A stretch of 64,000 nt of DNA from NCBI GenBank assembly GCA_965113315.1, contig OZ220370.1. The stretch is one strand, 5' to 3'. This DNA comes from Podarcis vaucheri. Lineage: Eukaryota. The notes beneath the pieces are model-generated. The model made no database searches. It was not told where the DNA came from and saw only the letters and a list, made by a program, of their open reading frames with translations. The number at the start of each line of letters is the position of its first letter. Positions within the stretch are counted from its first letter, which is position 1. Below are positions 59,769-64,000 of this stretch, piece by piece. Both the position numbers and the translations under genes were made by a program.

Positions 59769-60752
59769 GAAATTTCCTGTGGGTGGATGTGCTTCATGTA
59801 GAGGGTGCTAAGTGAAAGATTGCTCATGCACAATTTCCACAAAAGTCCACCAGCTTCATTTGGTAAGCACTGGTGTACCTTTTAAAAAATGTTCAATATG
59901 TAAGATAAATATATTTGAGCAGATTACCTATTTTGACTATGCTACGCTCTCTGATAAGGAGTAAATTTAAACCTTAGTACCGATATTTTAGGCCTATCTT
60001 GCTCATACGCTTTTTTTCTTCCTTTTTGACAATACCGAAGGAATGATTCATTGCCTTTCTGTTGCAATGACATGCGGTGTATGAATATACAGTGAATAAA
60101 ATATTACACCTTTATGACTGTTTTATGGTCAGGAATTTATGATTATTCTGAAAACTAGAAGTATTGACATTTTGGCTATTATTTATTTCAAGAACAAACT
60201 TTAACTGCCTAGAACAGACCAAAGAATTATAGGATTTCCCCACCCCCACCCCACAAGAAGGCAAAACTCGCTTGTTCTTTTGCAACACAATCAGGCCAAG
60301 AAAAAAAGTAAAACAGCACACTGCAACTGAAGTTGACTTTCTGATCAGATTGAGGCAATTATATTATCACAAAAATGCAGTCATTAAACCTGGCAGGTGT
60401 CAGTACTGGGATATTAAGTGGCAACATATCATTTTAAAGTATGTCATGACCCTTTCCAACTTTTATAAGACCAGCAGATCTCTCTATATCCATAAATCCC
60501 AGAATTGCAGTTAAAAGTAAGTGCAATATGCTTGCAGATACTTCATATTATATTTGGGATATGTTTTGTGAAGAACTTCCTCCAATATAGTTAAGCATAA
60601 TATGAAATATGGGATCTTTAATAAATATACATAAAAGAGCTCGGATAAGAAAAATGTTACAGTACATCATACTTGATCAATGAACCTTTCTGCTGTGCCC
60701 TTGAACACAGAATATCTGCAAAGAAGACTTTGTTTAAATTGAGGATCTTGGT

Positions 60753-60986
60753 NNNNNNNNNNNNNNNNNNNNNNNNNNNNNNNNNNNNNNNNNNNNNNNN
60801 NNNNNNNNNNNNNNNNNNNNNNNNNNNNNNNNNNNNNNNNNNNNNNNNNNNNNNNNNNNNNNNNNNNNNNNNNNNNNNNNNNNNNNNNNNNNNNNNNNNN
60901 NNNNNNNNNNNNNNNNNNNNNNNNNNNNNNNNNNNNNNNNNNNNNNNNNNNNNNNNNNNNNNNNNNNNNNNNNNNNNNNNNNNNNN
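60753..60986. other. N-run, 234 nt
   Basis: Direct count. Confidence 0.99.
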
Positions 60987-61718
60987 GTCAGCTTTATATG
61001 TTTAAATGTCAAAAGCAGGTTGAGTCTGCAGCTAACAGCGATCACATTCTATCAATCAAACTGGAAAATTCCAGTTTATTTAAATTATCCTGATAAAACT
61101 GAATTAACCATTAATTTAGCAGCATTCCGTATCAACACTGCATTCTATAAAGGGACCTATGAAAATAAAATAAATTTGAGTAAAGTCAGTCTACCTCCAC
61201 ATTAAATACAAAGTGTTGAAGTTGACGATCTAACTCACCGGTTTAAAGACTGATTAGGTAATATATAATGCCAAGACTAAGACTGGCTATGGTAAAGCAG
61301 TCTATTCGTATTTATATGTCCATTTTATTTCAAAAAGCTAAAATATCCTGCAGCTTCAGTCCCACTTTCATTTGGATTCTTTTCCCAACGGAAACATGTT
61401 AAATTTGTGCCAATTCTGTTATCACTGGTGCTCCATGGGCTCTAACCACACACTGTTCTTCTTTAAGTGTCAAAATTCCAGCAAGACTATTGAGCCCATT
61501 CAACCTTTATGCCCTGAAACACTTACAAGTTTGGGGCCAATTTTGACAGTGTGAGAATCATTCCTTGCAATGTTACATTCATTTTTCATTATCAACAAAG
61601 ATTGTAGCATCAACAGCAACATGTTGGATTATGATTATCATTCCGTAATTTGAAAGATGTTGAATTATAGGTTATTAATAGTTAAGTCCCATGCATTTTT
61701 TAGCAACTAGGAGGACCA

Positions 61719-61940
61719 GGCCAGTGTAGTTTAGTGGCTAGTGTCATATTATTACTTAGGAGACCTGGGTTCAAGTCCCTACTCAACCATGAATCTCACT
61801 GAGTGACCTTGGGCCAGTCACTATCTCTCAGCCTACCCTACAGCACAAGGTTTTTGTGAGGATAAAATGGAGAGATGGGATGTACACCAGAGGCTGTACA
61901 CCAGAGGAAAGATGGGATAGAAATTCAATACATAAATAAA
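61719..61940 (+). mobile_element. MIR/Ther1-related CORE SINE (Squam3-like)
   Basis: GGAGACCTGGGTTCAAGTCCC (B box), GTGACCTTGGGCCAGTCACT..CTCTCAGCCT core, (TAAA)n tail. Confidence 0.78.
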
Positions 61941-64000
61941 TATTAGCAATGGTTTTAACAATCAATTCCACAACGCCAATTGCCCACCATGAACAAATGC
62001 TATGGAAACAGAGAGGAGTTCCAGCATGGGTTTGTGGTACAGGGCCAACTACTCACAAGAAAAATGTCAAACAAGGCCATTTTAAGAGTGTAAATTGTCA
62101 CATAGACCATGGGTGGGGTGGGAAGACTGATCTCTGATGATTTGCAACAAATCATCAGTTTGACATCCAACGATCTAAACACAGCAATGACTAAAAGACT
62201 CCCCCCACCCCAGGCCCTAAATTAGGCTGGTGAAACAAAGAACACTTGGGGAAAACCAGGAGTTCTACCCAGAGCTTTTTTTCCAGTTCTGGCACCTCTC
62301 AGGTGCCACCAGTGCCATTATAAGAGAACAAGGAAGGCGTTGATGGTAGGTTCTGACAGCTCTTTTTCTAGAAAAATAGCACTGGTTGTATCCAAAAAGC
62401 AGTGCTGAGCAATGCATCCATGACTGGACACGGTAGCTGGCTACGGCCCCAGAAGTTGACTTTTTATCCTGAGCTGCTATTTTGAACCTGGTCCTGATCC
62501 ATAGCCTTCTAGTAGAAACATGTAAGTTGATCTCAGAGAGCTGAAGCTTGCCCATCCCCGCCATAGAGCTTTGCCACTCTATGTCTTCCATTCCTTACCC
62601 TGTCTATTATCTATAACTATGCCTTGGCAATTTCATCTTTCCAGTGCACCATGCCAATATCCTTCCTACCTCTTGAATTAATTCAAAGTCCTTCCACTAA
62701 AATGTTGCCTTTTGTTTCAGTTTTTAGCAGAAAATAAGAGATGCTGAGCCGCCACCAGTTCTTGAGAAGCCAGGCTCCTCCCTCCATCAGCTGTTGCCTC
62801 AGGGCAACAGAAGAGAAGGAGAGAGGAGGGATACAGGTACATTCCCACCCGTGCAGTGGAGAGACTGGTACCTTTCAGCTCCTCTTCTCCTCGATGTTTC
62901 CATCCCAGCTGCTTCTTAGAAGAACTGGTAACTAAGAACTGGTACCTGAGTTTGCTTATTTCCCCCTCCATCTCAATCCATTTTTCTTTAGGGTCATGTC
63001 TTTTTATACTGCAAGCTGCAGGGGTAAGGACTGTCTTGTTTTCGTCAATCTGTAAACCACTCTGTGAGTCTTTTTTGGCTGAAGAGTTGGGTTGTTGTTT
63101 TTTTAAAAAATCAGATCGATAATGACCCTTCTTCTCCTGCATCCACACTGCATCACTATCATTTTCTACATCAATCTCATAGGTCATTTTCACAACACCC
63201 TCCTTTTGGCCACCTTCCCTCGTTCATTGCCTCAAGTTTGTCTGTTCATTTGTGCAAGCTCATCTACGGTGTGCTCATTTCCTCCTTCCCTGCTCCCATT
63301 TTCATGACATCAAGACTAAAACTCCATCTCAAGTCCCTGAGCAAAATCAACTTTCTCCACAAAGCCTTGCCAAATCCATGGCAGCCAAAATGTTCTATGC
63401 TTCCTTCTTCCCAAGTTCATTATTCTCCTGTCCTCTCCCTTACACTTTCATTTTATTTACACTGTAAACAGGCATCACATTAGATCAGCAAATAACCGAT
63501 TAGCAAATAAATGGATGCTGAGTAAGTTCTACAAATTGGGAGTTACCATTTCTCTTAATGGAATTTCCAGCTAATAACTGGTAAAACTCAAATCCCAGCT
63601 GAATTACAAACATAACATTTTCGTTAAAGGATCACACTTATTTTATAACCCACCTTTGAGAAGAGTTCTTACAAAGTGGCTTCAGTTCTATCTTTCCTTT
63701 AAAAAGTTTGAGCAACTGAAAAACTAAATGCACAAACAACCAAAGTAAACATAGTGAAGCACACATCTCCCCAGTTTTGACTTTTCCATGAATACTATGC
63801 CGTTTACTATCTATAGTTTTAAGACCTCTCACTTTTTTCCATAGAATGAATAAAGTTTCAGTATCTGATGTGGCCCTTAGTTTAAAGGAGATGATTCCCA
63901 TTTAGGGCACATATTCACAATCTTGATGGCTTCACCCAAAGTGCAGTTGCTCATAGCATATAAATGGGGCTACAAATTGAATAATAACAATATTTAATAA

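Noticed and set aside
62717-63193. 158-aa minus-strand ORF
   Set aside because: No recognisable motif, overlapping ORFs of similar size on the opposite strand, and no clear splice context. Possibly decayed TE; needs BLAST.

Overview
Vertebrate genomic DNA, almost certainly a squamate and probably a lacertid lizard (five Sauria/Squam1-type SINEs). I recognise no host protein-coding gene; the window reads as AT-rich intergenic or intronic DNA with repeat-poor stretches that look like conserved non-coding elements. The dominant feature is a full-length, apparently intact 5.37-kb non-LTR retrotransposon on the minus strand (38272-43642, RTE-X-like) with a perfect 13-bp TSD. Its ORF1 (567 aa) carries a canonical PCNA-interacting PIP box near the C-terminus and is in frame with an ATG-less ORF2 (EN-RT-CCHC), separated by a single TGA. 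Other elements: a Tc2-like MITE filled with palindromic GC-rich tandem arrays, a Tigger-like MITE, a Penelope-type 113-bp inverted repeat with hammerhead ribozyme cores inside a microsatellite, a solo LTR splitting an L2 remnant, and CR1, L2, SINE and hAT-like remnants. Five N-runs all have lengths divisible by 6, which suggests masking rather than assembly gaps. Family names come from motif recognition only; no database search was run.
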